From Caecitellus pseudoparvulus (taxonomy: Eukaryota > Protista > Bigyra: Bicosoecida): a DNA stretch of 38,382 bases. The stretch is taken from positions 1 through 38,382 of the forward strand of contig CBFFRQ010000060.1 in the NCBI GenBank assembly GCA_965644315.1, read 5' to 3'. Position 1 is the first letter of the stretch. Each line of letters begins with the position of its first letter. Below the pieces are notes generated by a model. That model had not been told where the DNA came from. It saw only the letters and a list, made by a program, of their open reading frames with translations, and ran no database searches. Positions 1 through 11,604 of the stretch are shown one piece after another. The translations under genes were made by a program, and so were the position numbers.

Positions 1-550
1 AGGCGCAAAGTGGTCCTTCCGCCTGCCAAATGGCGACAGCGGCAGCTCACAAAACGGAGACACTTCCTCACGAGCCGCCAGCAGTGGCTCAGGAGACAGC
101 ACTGGCAGTCAGGAGGCTGCGCGTGGCTGCGTTTCAGGCGCAACTCCAGTGGCACCGTGGGACGACAGCGATTTGCCCTTGCAGCGCTCGGCATCCCATG
201 GTGGCCCCCTCAGCATGCAGGCGTCCGCTATGGCAGCGGTCATGTCAGGATTTGCTGCAGGCTTGTCGAAACCAGCTGACTCGGCGGGGCGAAGCAAGCG
301 CGGGCGCCAGGCTGCACAAGCAGCGCAAGGAGCCTTTGGCAGTTCAACACACCCGCGCCAGGGTCAGGCTGGCGCCACCAAGCGCTACCGACTCCTGGAT
401 GGTGCTGCTGTTGCCGCTCAGGACGCCCTTGGCCATTTGGAGGGTGACCTGGAGGGGGAAGCACCTGTACCTGGGCAGCGCGACTGCGACTCCAGCAGCG
501 CGGGGGACTCTGGCAGCGTCGGTGGAGACTTACAAGGAGCGGTGAGCTGA
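1..550 (+). CDS. Possible partial exon of a hypothetical protein
   Basis: ORF 149-550 has Ala/Gly/Ser/Asp-rich, protein-like composition and ends at a GTGAGC donor-like site (~542). No recognisable domain. Confidence 0.25.
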   Translation, partial: GAKWSFRLPNGDSGSSQNGDTSSRAASSGSGDSTGSQEAARGCVSGATPVAPWDDSDLPLQRSASHGGPLSMQASAMAAVMSGFAAGLSKPADSAGRSKRGRQAAQAAQGAFGSSTHPRQGQAGATKRYRLLDGAAVAAQDALGHLEGDLEGEAPVPGQRDCDSSSAGDSGSVGGDLQGAVS

Positions 551-1133
551 TTGTGGTCTGGTGATGGGCTTCTTGTACCCCGCAGCATGCTGCTGGTGTC
601 GGGGCGTAGGCCTTGCGCCGGAGCATCACCTGCACATCGAGCCAGTGCGCCCACCTGGCTTGTTGAAGCCGCAGCGCCGCGGGGTGGGCAAATCACCATA
701 CACGGCACACATCTTCTCGAAGGCAAGTGGCTTCGCGGACTAGTAAGCCTGACAGTCCCCGCCCACAATGCATGCCTCGCCGCCTGCAAGCGCGAGTTCC
801 CCGCCAAAGCCTGCTGCACAACTTGGCCCCACCTCGAGAGGGGAAAGCAGCCACCCGACATCCCAAGAAGGCGAAGCTCGCACATCGGCTCGGCATGAAA
901 ACCTTTCTTATTCGGCAACCCCCGGCAGTGCCACTCCTCAGCTCGCGTCTCCCACGGTGCCGCCTCGAAGCCTGGGTAGCGACTGGCAAGCCCACGAAAG
1001 CGTAACGTGCAGCGTCTGGTGCGTGCAGAGAAGCTGATGCCTTGTAGCCGCCTTCATGGTGCCGGGGTGAAGTTTCAACGCATCACATGTTCCACTGTCG
1101 CAGGAGCTTATCCACAGCGCTGCTGGCAGGCGA

Positions 1134-3974
1134 TTGGGGCCACTGCACCGTGCCGCTCGGCGGGTGGGCCCAAGCAGTCAGCCCACCCACCATCTCCAAC
1201 TCGAGAAGCCCGCCTACACTGCACAGAAACACATCTGCGCACCCCCCAAAGGTGCGCCTACCAAGCCCACTGCACAATTGCACTGCTCCTGCACTCATTG
1301 GAGCTTGTGTGCGCAGGACGAGGGAAGCGCTGCTGCAGGCAGCTGCGGCGAGCTGGCAACGCCTTCGCCAGGCGGCCTGAACACCAGGATGCCCCTCGCA
1401 GCAGCGGAAGGCAGGTCGGGCGCCTGGAACACGATGAACAGCGTCATCAACTCAAAACCGTGGAGTATGAGATGCTGTGGGGGCTTGCGCCCAGACGACG
1501 AGCAAGGCATGCACGCCACGAGCGCATCGTACGACGCGGATGGGGACCACAGCGACACTTCCTCTGACGTCGCGGCACGCGCCAGTGGCCTGGGCTCTCC
1601 TCAGCACTCACTCCTCTCTTGCTCGGATGCTGCCGCTGGCGAGGCTAGAGCACAGCACTGCCTTGATGCAGCCCAGACGTGGACTGCCGGAGGAGACGCT
1701 GGCCCGCTCCTGCCCACCATGACAAACCTGCACAGTTCCTGCTGTGAGCCAGCATCCACCAGCTACGTTCCGGTTGTAGCAGTCGCATGCGTGCCGAGGT
1801 CATTGGCACCACCCCCTGGCCGCGTGGGCGGGTCCAAGCGGCGCCGAAGTGACACCCCTCCCCACCACGAGGGCAAGGCCAAGGCGCCTCGACCTCTGCG
1901 CCTGCACATGACCTCATTGTACGGCAACAACCCCAGCACGCCCGATCAAATAGCCGCAGAGTGCAACTTGAACCCTGTAACCTGGCTTCCCTTCTGCGGG
2001 GACGGCGGTGTCCTTGGGAAGCAGCACGTTGCCGCAGCGCCAGCCTGAGCAATCCCACGGCAGAGCTCAAAACCGCCCCCGTACAAAGCTCCTGCTGCGG
2101 GCACTGTAGGCACCGCGCACTGTCCAGGCTTCTGATTGTTGGGCCTGCCTATGGGTTGCCCTGTGCCTGCCGGGGCCACTCCAGGCATGGCGAGCACAGA
2201 CTCGTGCAGCTCTGCGCCAGCCAGCTTGGTGTGGAGGGCAACTCTCGCGGCAGCTGCAGCCAAGCAGCAACAGGGATCCAATGGCTGGGATGCCCCCATA
2301 ATCTGCTTACCGGAACCTTCTGTCTATAGAGACCGCGCCACCTTGTGCAGGCTGGCGGCGCTGCTGGCGTGTGACGGGGAAGCGGCGCAGGTGGTGGACA
2401 GTGACTGGCGTGCCGCTTCTTCGTGGAGCCCGGGGCACCTCCCAGTGCCCGCTGGCAACACAGTGCAGCCCTCGGACGTTTCAGACATGGCACAGGGCTG
2501 TATTACCAGCCCGGGACTGAAGCAGAGCGCGGCAGACCCGGCGGCGCTGGTCACGGGTGCACTTGCGGCTTTTGAGCAGGCAGTCTCCGTGCTCTGCTTG
2601 GATGTGGGCGGCGTTGCAGTCGTGCACGACCCTGAAAGCCTGCTGCCTGTCCTCTGGGTGCGTGGTGACATGCCTGGAGCTGCAGCATCGCTCCCCATGC
2701 CCGGAAGAGTTCGGAACTCCTTTTCCGTTGCTTTGCAGGTTGTCAATGACTGCTTGCTGCGAGATTTCCAGCTTTCCAGGCGCGATGTGGAGGCTGCCTT
2801 GGTGCAGACAGGCCTGCTGCCTGCTGCCTTGTCTTGCTACTCGACCCTGCAAACTGCTCGCGGGGTCAAGCCCCAGGCGCCTGCCGTCTCATCGCCAGAC
2901 ACGCTCTCCACTGCTGCGCCCGTTTCAGCGGCTCTCGACTGCGCACGCACCACGACGACGGGCTCCTCCACAGCCAGCCACATGGCCGTCGTCCAGCGTA
3001 TTCCCAGCAACGTGCGGCAGGCTGTGAAGCCAGGCTCGTTCTGTCCCCGTGCCGTTGTGCGGCGCCTCGTCAGCCAGTTGCTGGCGTGGCAAGCCCAGCC
3101 CACCGGCGTCGTGGCCGCTGCCGCACAGAGCGAAGCCTTCTACTGCACGGGCCGGGGCTTCACCATGCCTGTCATGACCTCCGTGCAGCTGCTGGCCACG
3201 GACCTGCACGGGCTGCCGCCGCTGCTCACGCTGGCCACGTTTCACACGGGGCAGGCTCCCCGGCCGCTGCGACATTTGCCCATGCCACAGCACGTGCTGC
3301 GCGCAGTGCACTGGGGACACCGGGCCCAGTGGCGAGGGGTGAAGCGCCCTCGCCCCGTCCACCCTGCCCCTCCCTCTGCCTCCCCGCTGCAGGCTGACGC
3401 CACGGCGGGCAGCGGAGATGAGCCGCTGCCCATTCTCGGCGCCACACCCCAGGCAACTGACGAGGGCAGTCTGCTGCGAGCGCTGTACCCACGTGCCACC
3501 TGCCAGGCGCTGCTGTCGGCGTCCATCTCACCCTTCGACGCTGCGGGGGAGGCTGCAGCCACGGCGGAGGGCCTGCTGCCGCTGCCCCCGCCCAGCCACC
3601 TGCACACCCTCGCCCACACTGCCCGTGCGGTGGGTGAGGATGATGGCGGGCTGGCGCTTGCGGCTGGGCGAGGGGGGGGTGACGGTGGCAGCAGCATGCG
3701 GGGGGGTGCCAGTGCTGGCGCTGCCCTGAAGCTGCAGCGCCTGCACGCCGCCACCGCCCTCAGCGGGCCAGCCTTGCCGCCTGGTGTGACGCTGGCCGCG
3801 ACATCTCAGGTTGAGGGGACGGTGGTGTCTGTGCCAGGCGCTTCGGTGCGTGTGGGCGGGCGGCGGCCGGTGCGCCCCACGCCCACCCACGCAGCCTACG
3901 CGCTGGGACATGGCCTGTCCCCCGCACCATACCCTGCGCCTTTGGGCCCGCCTGCTGCCACTGTGCAGGTGTAA
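1134..3974 (+). CDS. Hypothetical low-complexity protein(s); ORFs 1134-2048 and 2136-3974 are in the same frame
   Basis: 304-aa and 612-aa ORFs in one frame, separated by two TGA stops. May be one spliced gene or two genes. No motif recognised. Confidence 0.4.
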
Positions 3975-4466
3975 TGTTTCCCTGCTTGCAGCGGCCCCCT
4001 TCAATGTATCCTCCCTGCCGGCTTTCACGGTGTGGAAGCTTCGGCGACGTTACAAGGACCTGGCATAGCGCACTGCCATTGGGCCGCGCCTCGAGTTTCG
4101 GAGATGAGAAAGGCTGCTAGGTTCCATGTCCTTCTTGCTCATGGTGCGGCGGCAGAGGCCAGCGGGAGTTGCGCGAGGATCCGAGCAGTGCATATGCGCG
4201 CAGCAGCCAGCACACATGCCAGCAGTGCGCGCATAAGTGGCAACAGGGTGGCCGGCCTTCGACACGACTTGACTAGTATGCGGTAGAGCTGTGCAGCTTG
4301 GCGACGTTTGCCTGCCGTGCCGCACTCCTACCCAAACATTCCCGAGGCACGTGTTGGAAGAGGTGGGAAGTGCACTGCACCGCTCTGAGTCGATCCATTC
4401 TGCGCTTCAAAACCCAGCCGCCGAACCGAGGTGCCGTCGCTCGCATCGCGCAGACACCCTTCAGTC

Positions 4467-7400
4467 ATGGCAAGGCCTGCACCGCTTCCTCCCTCGGTGG
4501 AGCCACCCACGTGGGCGCCGCCAGACACCCGGGCGGCTTGGAGCTGCCAGTCAGCTGCAGCCCAGCCCCGTGATGTTTCGTCCACAATCGTGTCCCCCGA
4601 GGCGTGGGGAGACACGTACATGGCACACCTGCGCCAGGCCTGCCCAGACTTTGTGAAAGCCGAGCAGGCCTTTGAAAGCGGGCACTTGCGTGGGCCGGAG
4701 GAGTGCCATTTGGATGAGGCACACTCTCCGCTGGTGCTGGCTGCCCGAAACGCCGACGGCAGCCCCAAGCCTGGCCTCGCAGCCTTTGCCCTGTGCGTGC
4801 AGGGCCGCCCGCTACACGTGGGCTGCAGTGACAAGTGCATGAACTGCGCGGTGCCCCGCCCTCTCCTTCGCAGCTCCTGCCCCTACCTCTTCACGGCACA
4901 CATTCCGCCGCATTTGTTGATCATGGCTGATGCAGCAATGCGAGGGGTTGGCAGCCCGGCACACGCAAGCCTGGGCTCTGCGCTTGGCTGTGCTGCAGAG
5001 ATGGCGGCAAGCACGCAAGAAGTCATGTCATCCACGCTCCCCTGCTCCAAGCTGTTCGTCCACCCCGTCACGGGGCGAGTGATGGCGAATGTGAGGCGAT
5101 TGGGTGTGCAAAAACGCCACACCGCCATGCTACGTCACATGCCCGCCCCTCCCTCGCCCCCCCGCCACAGCTGCACAACCCAGCAATGGAGTACACCTTC
5201 TCCAAGGCTAGCCCAGCGCTGGAGCGATTCGAGGCCCCTGGAGCGCCCCTTTCGCGCCCGTCTGCCGAAGTCCCTTCGACCAGCACTTCAGCAGCTCCGA
5301 GGCCAACCGAAGCTGACCCAGGGGGCATTGACGTGGACCAGCTGCGCCACACAAACCACGCATTCATCGTGGCACTGGGACAGCGCTGCTCCAGCATCAC
5401 CGTCGTGCAGCGCACCCGGGCGCCAGGCCTCTCTCAAGGTGTGTGAAATCGTCAGCCCACCTGGGCCCTGTCCCATTGAGTGGTTAGGAGGGGTTCGTTT
5501 TTGAGCTTGTCAGGAGGGCATGTTGGCGATAGTTGTATGTGATAATGTACTGAGTATAAAATAACGAATGCATACATTATTTTTGTCAGAGTGTGCTTGA
5601 AAGGTTGGGTCTGTGATGCAAACTGGATGCGGAATTTGCTTGCCCACGTTTGTAAAAGGAGGCTGCTGTCTTATGTTCCAGTCTACTTGCGCGTATTCGT
5701 ACACTTTCGTGATCCAATGCAAATTTTTATGAAGTGTGGGCCGAATTTCGAGGAATCGGGCCGTTTTGGTGATCACCCTCTTTCGATTCGGGTGAGTTGT
5801 CTGTCGATTACGAACAGAGGGCCTGCGTCGTCATCGAGGTGCTCACAAACCCGCATTCGACACCGGCGCAACCAGCACTCCAGCCCCCATGTGTCTTTCA
5901 CAGTGTCGAACTACCGATCAAACGATCAGCGTCCCAGGGTTGCAATTCACAATTTTCACCTCGAAGGCTTGCACTTCCCGCAAGGCGAGTTTCGCGGAAA
6001 TCGAAATGAGTCTTGGTTGAGACAGGCCGAACAAGGCACTGTGAGAAAAGACTCCCCGTATTGTCTTGCACAGATCATACAACCATGTCTGGCATGCAAT
6101 TCCTGGTTTCCTTTTTACTGTTGCGCCGGCGGCAGCATGTCCGTAGGTTGCAAGCGCTCCAAGCACTTATTGCCACAGAAGCAGCACTGTTGCTGGCAGT
6201 GGTAGCAATGGCCGATGAAGATGGACACGAGCAGGCCGTGCCACTACCGTGCTTCGATGAAGACTGTGCTCTGGAGGAGGGCGTGAGGGCCAGCGCACGT
6301 GGCCGCACCAATCCTCTTGCAGGTTTGGCATCCGGTGTGAGGACGTGGGTGGCACGGCAACATGGAGTGCCTCTCGAAGAGCACGAGGTTTGCACAACCC
6401 CACATACGGTGTTGCAGTATACTATGAAGCAGTTGTGCTCTGTTGGTGTGAACACTATTTTAGCTCTATCGGTGTGGTTCATGAAATCTTCTGCACCAAA
6501 ACTCTGGTACAGGTGGGTCATGCATTCGATCCTACCCGTGGAAGTAGAGGCCCACGCTGTGGAGCTTGCAGGTGATGAACCTGCAGAGGAACCAGACTCA
6601 CAAGAGCACAGGACCTGGCAGAGACAGCTTCGGCGCCACAGGGAAGACTGTCTGCACGAGCACTGCAGTCGCCTTGGGGCATGCGAGCGTCCCATGGTGC
6701 AGCAACAGCCATCAGTGGCAGACTGGTGGGGTGCTGTGGACTCATCATTCTGCGGCCAAGGATGCACTTTCAGTTGGCTGGAGGCTTGTTGCCTTGGAGT
6801 GCATTATATGTGCAAGGGTTTCAACATGAGAGCTGGACAAGAAGCGTTCACTGGGGCATCGAAGTCCACATGCAGTCGAATCCTAAAGGTTTTCTTGCGG
6901 TCTATCTCATCCAGCATGTTTGAACAGCAGGTGTACATGCCAGCACCAGATTCTGGGGAGTGGATGGAGAGTGTACGATTGAACTTTGCCCTGTCAGGCA
7001 TGCAGCTGCCGTGCGTAGCAGGCAGCGTGGATGATACACATGTGCGTGCTTACATCAGTGAAGATAGTGGAAAGGGCGTATACATAAACAAGGATGGCGT
7101 GGCTTCGGTTAGTGCCCAGTGCATGGTAAGTGGCCACGGACTCTTCTGGCAAGCAGACATTGGGTATGCTGGTGCCGAAAGCGATCGGGGGAAGCTCATA
7201 AGGTCTCCCATGTTTGCGGCAATGGTCGGGAACCCAAGCTTACGTCCTTGTCCACTCCCATATACATTGGCAGCAGACTCGGGATTTCGTCCGGGGTACA
7301 CATTCTTACTTCTTCCGTTCGACCAGCGGGACACTGATGTGGTGCAGCCGAATCATTTGGTGACAATTTTCCACGATGCACTTTTGCACATTCGAGTTAA

Positions 7401-10400
7401 GGTAGAATGTGCATTTGGAGAGCTCAAGAACAGGTTCCGCATCTTGAACAACACTGCGAATGGAAACCTTGGGCCAGCAGCAGTTGCACTGCGTCTACGT
7501 GTAGCTGTAGCACTGCATAACTTTGTACTGCGAGCTCTGCCATTGCGGGCATCTGTGTGGCATGCCCTTGATGTGACAGCGCCGGGGACTGTCTGGGGTG
7601 ACCTGCTGGAAGAAGCAACGGCAAAGGTGGTAGAGGACTTGCTTGAGGCGCAGCCCCCTTCATGGAGTATGCCGAGTGCCATGGGATGGAAGACGCAAGT
7701 GCTGGAGCTGGCGCTTGGCCAGCTTCCACCCACACCATCTTCAAGTATGCTGGGGTTCAGTATCGCTCCATCATGGTGGGCACTGCCCAGTGGTGCCGCG
7801 AGAGAGTTGAAGAGCTAGCCCTTCTGCACCTGCAAGCACCTGAACAGCCTGGGGCTGCCGGCGAAGGTGATGAAGGGAGTGACTGGGAAGGTGACTCTGT
7901 TGGCAGTCAATAATGCAGTGTGTTGTCTCATGTTCATGACTGCATGGGTTGCCCAGCAACACTACGCTTCTTCAGGGCTGTAACCATTTGAAGTCGGGCG
8001 CGTGCGACCTTCAGCTCCTTGTCTGCGTCTGACAGCGGGTGCGGTGGCATGCCACGCAAGGTTGGAGGCACACTTCCGCTGTGCAGCTGCTCCAAAACAG
8101 TCTGAACCTGCTCTTGCATGCTAAGGTCACCGTCAATGATGCTTAGGTCCAACCACCCCTGCACTCTTGTAATTACACCTGATATCGCTGCATCTACCGC
8201 ACGCTCACTATGTGCGGCAGCAGCACCTGGTGCAGGCACCGAAAGCGAAGGTGCGGGCTGCTGCACTTGCAAGGACTGCTGGAAAAACTGAAGAAGTGAG
8301 GCGTCCTGTTGTGCTTGTCGTTCCCGTGCTGCCTCTTCAGCAACCTGTCGTTTCTCCAGCGAATCTGCCAAACGGGCAACGATGTCACGCATGCCTGCGG
8401 CTGGTGGTGACGTGCCAGACCCCAGGCGACCTCCATCCAGGGCTCCAGTTGCTTTTGCAACAGCAGCAACACGGCTTCCCGTGCTCGTTCCACTCCCCGC
8501 ACCTGATAGGTACTCTCCGCCCTGTCGCGGACTTTCAGTGGGCAACGCAGCGGGCCTGCCACTCGCCAACAGCGAGGCTACTGTGTGTGATCCTTCAGAT
8601 CTAGCCTCTGCAAATATCCCGTTGGTGATGTTGCGAGGCACTGAAGACATCGTTGCCTTTGGCCTGGCTTTGCCTTGGCACACGCTTGCATAATTCATCA
8701 GCTCGCCCGGAAGCAGTCCACCGTTCAGGGGTGGATAGCGCAAGTCATCAGTTGGTCCCACAGGCAACCACATTTCCTTGTTCGTTACGCTACACCGCAG
8801 GCGCTGGAAGCGCAAGCGCGCAGCGGCGCTTGCGTTTCGTGCCCTGCTCCACCCCACCTTCGTGATGTCCCAACGTGTGTACTTCTTTCCATTTAAATCA
8901 AGAGAGGGAGCACCAGGGTGGCTAGGGGCTGTGGGTTCGCTTGCCCCCCCGCTTCCCGTCCTTCTGCCCTCAGACCCGTTGATGATGTCAACCTGTTTCT
9001 TCAACGTTTCGAGGCTGGCCCAAGTACCTGAAGCTGGAACCAGAGCCTCACGAAGGAGGCTTGAAACCAGGACCAAGCCTGACCACGACAGGAAGGCTTC
9101 TTGGGAATCACTACCTGGTGTTGAAACCAACACCATGTACTTTGAGTCGTCTCGCTCCGGCCATGGCCTTCCTAGCATGTTCGTGTCATGCTCCTCGAAG
9201 GCAGTGAGCAGCAACGGCAAGAATTTGTGAGCTAGGCTCTTGCCCACAATGCCACTTCGCATCTTGTTGCTCCCTTGTGTGGCAAAAGTCCGGAACAGGC
9301 TTCTGTCAGAGCCTTCCGGGCATGGCTCACCCGACGAGACAACACGACCCCCAAGAGATGAGTAGTCAATGGTACCCTCACGAACACCCAGACGAACGAT
9401 AGCTCCAGACATTCTCCATGCACTTGCTTTGTTTCCAAAGGCAGCCCAGGTCGACGACGGCATCAAGGTGGCGAACTCCTTCTTGTCAGGGTGCGTCTGC
9501 ACCCCATTCTTGGACGGTGTTTGCAACAGAGCTCGATCAGTAGAGGCCCACGGAATTGGGCTCGCTGAGTCGAGACGCATCAACGCACGGGCAGGGGAAG
9601 TGGCAGCTGGTGTCGCGCCGACGGCACCAGCAGCACTCCGTGGTGGGGAAGGGCTGCCAGCTGTCCAGGACACACCACCACTCTCCAAGTCAGGACTTGA
9701 ACTGTCACTCTTGCCCTCATCACCACTCATGTCAACGACCTCGTCTGCGGGCAGAGTCAGGAAGGCGTGTTTGCGAGAAGCGTTTCGGAGTTTCACACAG
9801 CGGAAATGAAAACGAACCGAAAGCTTCCAGTTGTTCCTTAGCGTTTGTCTTCATCCTCCTGGCAATGCTTGCTGTAAGGGCAGCAATCCGGACTGGTCTG
9901 GTAGGCGTTGCGATGGCGGGTGATTCTTGCGCAGCGAGTTCGCTTCCTGGAGGCGTTGCAGGCAGCTCAAACACCCGTCCTGCTGCCCCGAGCCTCGCGC
10001 CCGTCCGCAGTCGGGAAGTCGGTGCGTTACCTTGAAGGAACTGTCGGACCAGTGCATGTGTGTCCGCTTGCGAGCCTTCAACTGCGGTTCTTTTGCCACT
10101 CGTCGGCGCATCTGCCTGAACGCGTGCATTCCGGGGGCGCTTGCGGCCAGACATGGCAGCAAATCATTCCAAGAGTATGCTCACAACTTACTGTGAATAG
10201 TTTAAAAGTAGAGTTTGATATCCATATCTGCACTGCTCGCCATGGTACACAAACCACTGCCAGCAAGTGGCAAATTCCGCATGCTAATAGGCTCGATAAA
10301 CAACGCTCTGTTGCACACGACAGAGCGGCCGTTCAAGTCTAACATCCTCTGTTAGTGTCAAGGTGACAAAACATGCTGCCTGCAGCACTTTTCCGTGAAC

Positions 10401-11477
10401 TTCAAAAAATGCATTCTCGTTTCACAGATTTTCTCGATTCAGAGGCCTCCGCTGGCCTCAATGAGACACGGCCCTGCAGCAGAACTTCGAAGGCGCTGGC
10501 CTTGCTGCACTGCACTCGTGCCCGCCCTGCCCTGAGCACAGATGGAGGGTCAAGTGCCTGGTTCGCCTCCAAACTGCACGTGTACTTGGAGTTCACACCC
10601 AATGGCCGCCTCACCGGCCTTGTCGTGGCTCACGACATGGTGCGGAAACCCACCCGCTCCGCCGCACCTCTCACGCGCAGCACAGCCCTCCCCCTGCCCT
10701 GCACAGGATCCCCCCGTGAACATCCCCAAGCCGTTGTGGGGGCGTGCTCCGCCCTCACGAGCCCTCACAGCGCCATCCTGTGTCCCAGACTGGGCCTTTC
10801 GGCCTCCCAGCCAGCCAGGCAGCAACGCACGTGAGCGCCCTGTAACCGCCTCACCGCACGCTGGCCCCTGCCCTGCCTCTTGCGCCTGCCAGCGCGGCTT
10901 CCGAGAAGTGTCCATTGCAGCACAGGCACTGTTCGGCCAGGGGGCGCCCCCCCCTGGCGCCATGGCCGCGTCAGCGCTCCGGCCTGCCCCCATACACACC
11001 GGCCATGGCTTGCACGACAGGCCTGTGCTGCTGCTGCCCTCTGTCCAGTCGGCTTTCCCGCCGCAAGACGCCCAGCCTGTGCGCGATGCAACGCAGAGCT
11101 TCAGCCTGCCTGCTCCGCTGTGCGCCTCTGCGGACAGCGGCGGTGCGGGGCTCACGCCGGCGGCTGCGTTTGAAGGGCGCTCCGCCTCCCCCCTGCACGG
11201 CCGCGATGGCGCGACAGCTCTGCCTCGTCGCGACAGCTCAGATCCGCCCCACGCCTCGGCCACCTTCGCCCCAGCCCCGTGCTGCGTCACCCTGCGCCCG
11301 ACCTTGCTCGCGGTGCCGCCGGCGCCCTGCAGCGTCACCACGGATGACCCACGCCCCGCCTCGCCGCCTGACGTCACCCTGGAGGCCCCCAGCTGGGGCC
11401 ACCTTCGTTCTGCTGCTCGTTTGGCGCCGGGGGCACAGGCGGTGCCAGCACACCCCCTGCACTCTGTCCAATTCTGA
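4467..11477 (+). CDS. Spliced hypothetical host gene spanning the Harbinger insertion
   Basis: Frame-consistent junctions: intron 5091-5170 (GTGAGG..CACAG, MAN|LHNPAMEY), intron 5439-10541 (GTGTGT..CACAG, GLSQ-D-GGSSAWF; contains the transposon), intron 10640-10706 (GTGCGG..CACAG, AHDM|DPPVN), stop at 11477. Start and 5' exons are uncertain. Confidence 0.55.
5464..5480 (+). repeat. Left TIR of Harbinger element (preceded by CTG TSD)
   Basis: Its reverse complement matches 10457-10473 at 15/17 nt. Confidence 0.88.
6085..7818 (+). CDS. Harbinger/PIF DDE transposase (DDE_Tnp_4/HARBI1-like); true C-terminus possibly in the shifted frame ending 7913
   Basis: HTH-like GFNMRAGQEAFTGASKSTCSRIL; catalytic-region motifs GSVDDTHV, YINKDGVASVSAQCMV, GYAGAESD, LAADSGF, LLLPF, RVKVECAFGELKNRFRIL and ALHNF. 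First ATG at 6085. Confidence 0.92.
   Translation: MSGMQFLVSFLLLRRRQHVRRLQALQALIATEAALLLAVVAMADEDGHEQAVPLPCFDEDCALEEGVRASARGRTNPLAGLASGVRTWVARQHGVPLEEHEVCTTPHTVLQYTMKQLCSVGVNTILALSVWFMKSSAPKLWYRWVMHSILPVEVEAHAVELAGDEPAEEPDSQEHRTWQRQLRRHREDCLHEHCSRLGACERPMVQQQPSVADWWGAVDSSFCGQGCTFSWLEACCLGVHYMCKGFNMRAGQEAFTGASKSTCSRILKVFLRSISSSMFEQQVYMPAPDSGEWMESVRLNFALSGMQLPCVAGSVDDTHVRAYISEDSGKGVYINKDGVASVSAQCMVSGHGLFWQADIGYAGAESDRGKLIRSPMFAAMVGNPSLRPCPLPYTLAADSGFRPGYTFLLLPFDQRDTDVVQPNHLVTIFHDALLHIRVKVECAFGELKNRFRILNNTANGNLGPAAVALRLRVAVALHNFVLRALPLRASVWHALDVTAPGTVWGDLLEEATAKVVEDLLEAQPPSWSMPSAMGWKTQVLELALGQLPPTPSSSMLGFSIAPSWWALPSGAARELKS
7934..10154 (-). CDS. Harbinger second (accessory) protein, ~715 aa, 2 exons (10154-9818, 9744-7934)
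   Basis: ORFs 9732-10154 and 7934-9796 join in frame via a 73-nt intron 9817-9745 (GTTCGT...CTGAC...CCCGCAG), giving LEAF-D-EVVDM. N-terminal NLS-like MSGRKRPR. Lies inside the TIRs, convergent with the transposase. No clear Myb/SANT motif visible by eye. Confidence 0.75.
10457..10473 (-). repeat. Right TIR of Harbinger element (followed by CTG TSD)
   Basis: Its reverse complement matches 5464-5480 at 15/17 nt. Confidence 0.88.
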
Positions 11478-11604
11478 CCATATGTCCAATTCACTCCTCA
11501 CACCACTATCCACTCTCCCACGGACCCATGACGCCCGCAGCTCCCACGCCCCGCCAACTTGCCTAGCAGACACCTCTGTCAGCGGCTGGACTTGCGCTGC
11601 TGCC

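Larger units (their letters stand above)
5464..10473. mobile_element. PIF/Harbinger DNA transposon, 5010 bp, two convergent genes
   Basis: TIRs GGCCCTGTCCCATTGAG (5464-5480) and CTCAATGAGACACGGCC (10457-10473) match at 15/17. CTG is duplicated at 5461-5463 and 10474-10476. Contains a Harbinger-type transposase; the interior is visibly lower in GC than the flanks. Confidence 0.92.

Noticed and set aside
2046-2135. Stop-codon readthrough or alternative genetic code linking ORFs 1134 and 2136 across two TGA codons
   Set aside because: TGA is the normal stop of conserved genes here (CSN1, helicase, EH protein); an intron or two separate genes is simpler.
9732-9817. Apparent frameshift between ORFs 9732-10154 and 7934-9796
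   Set aside because: Explained by a phase-compatible 73-nt intron with a branch-like CTGAC.
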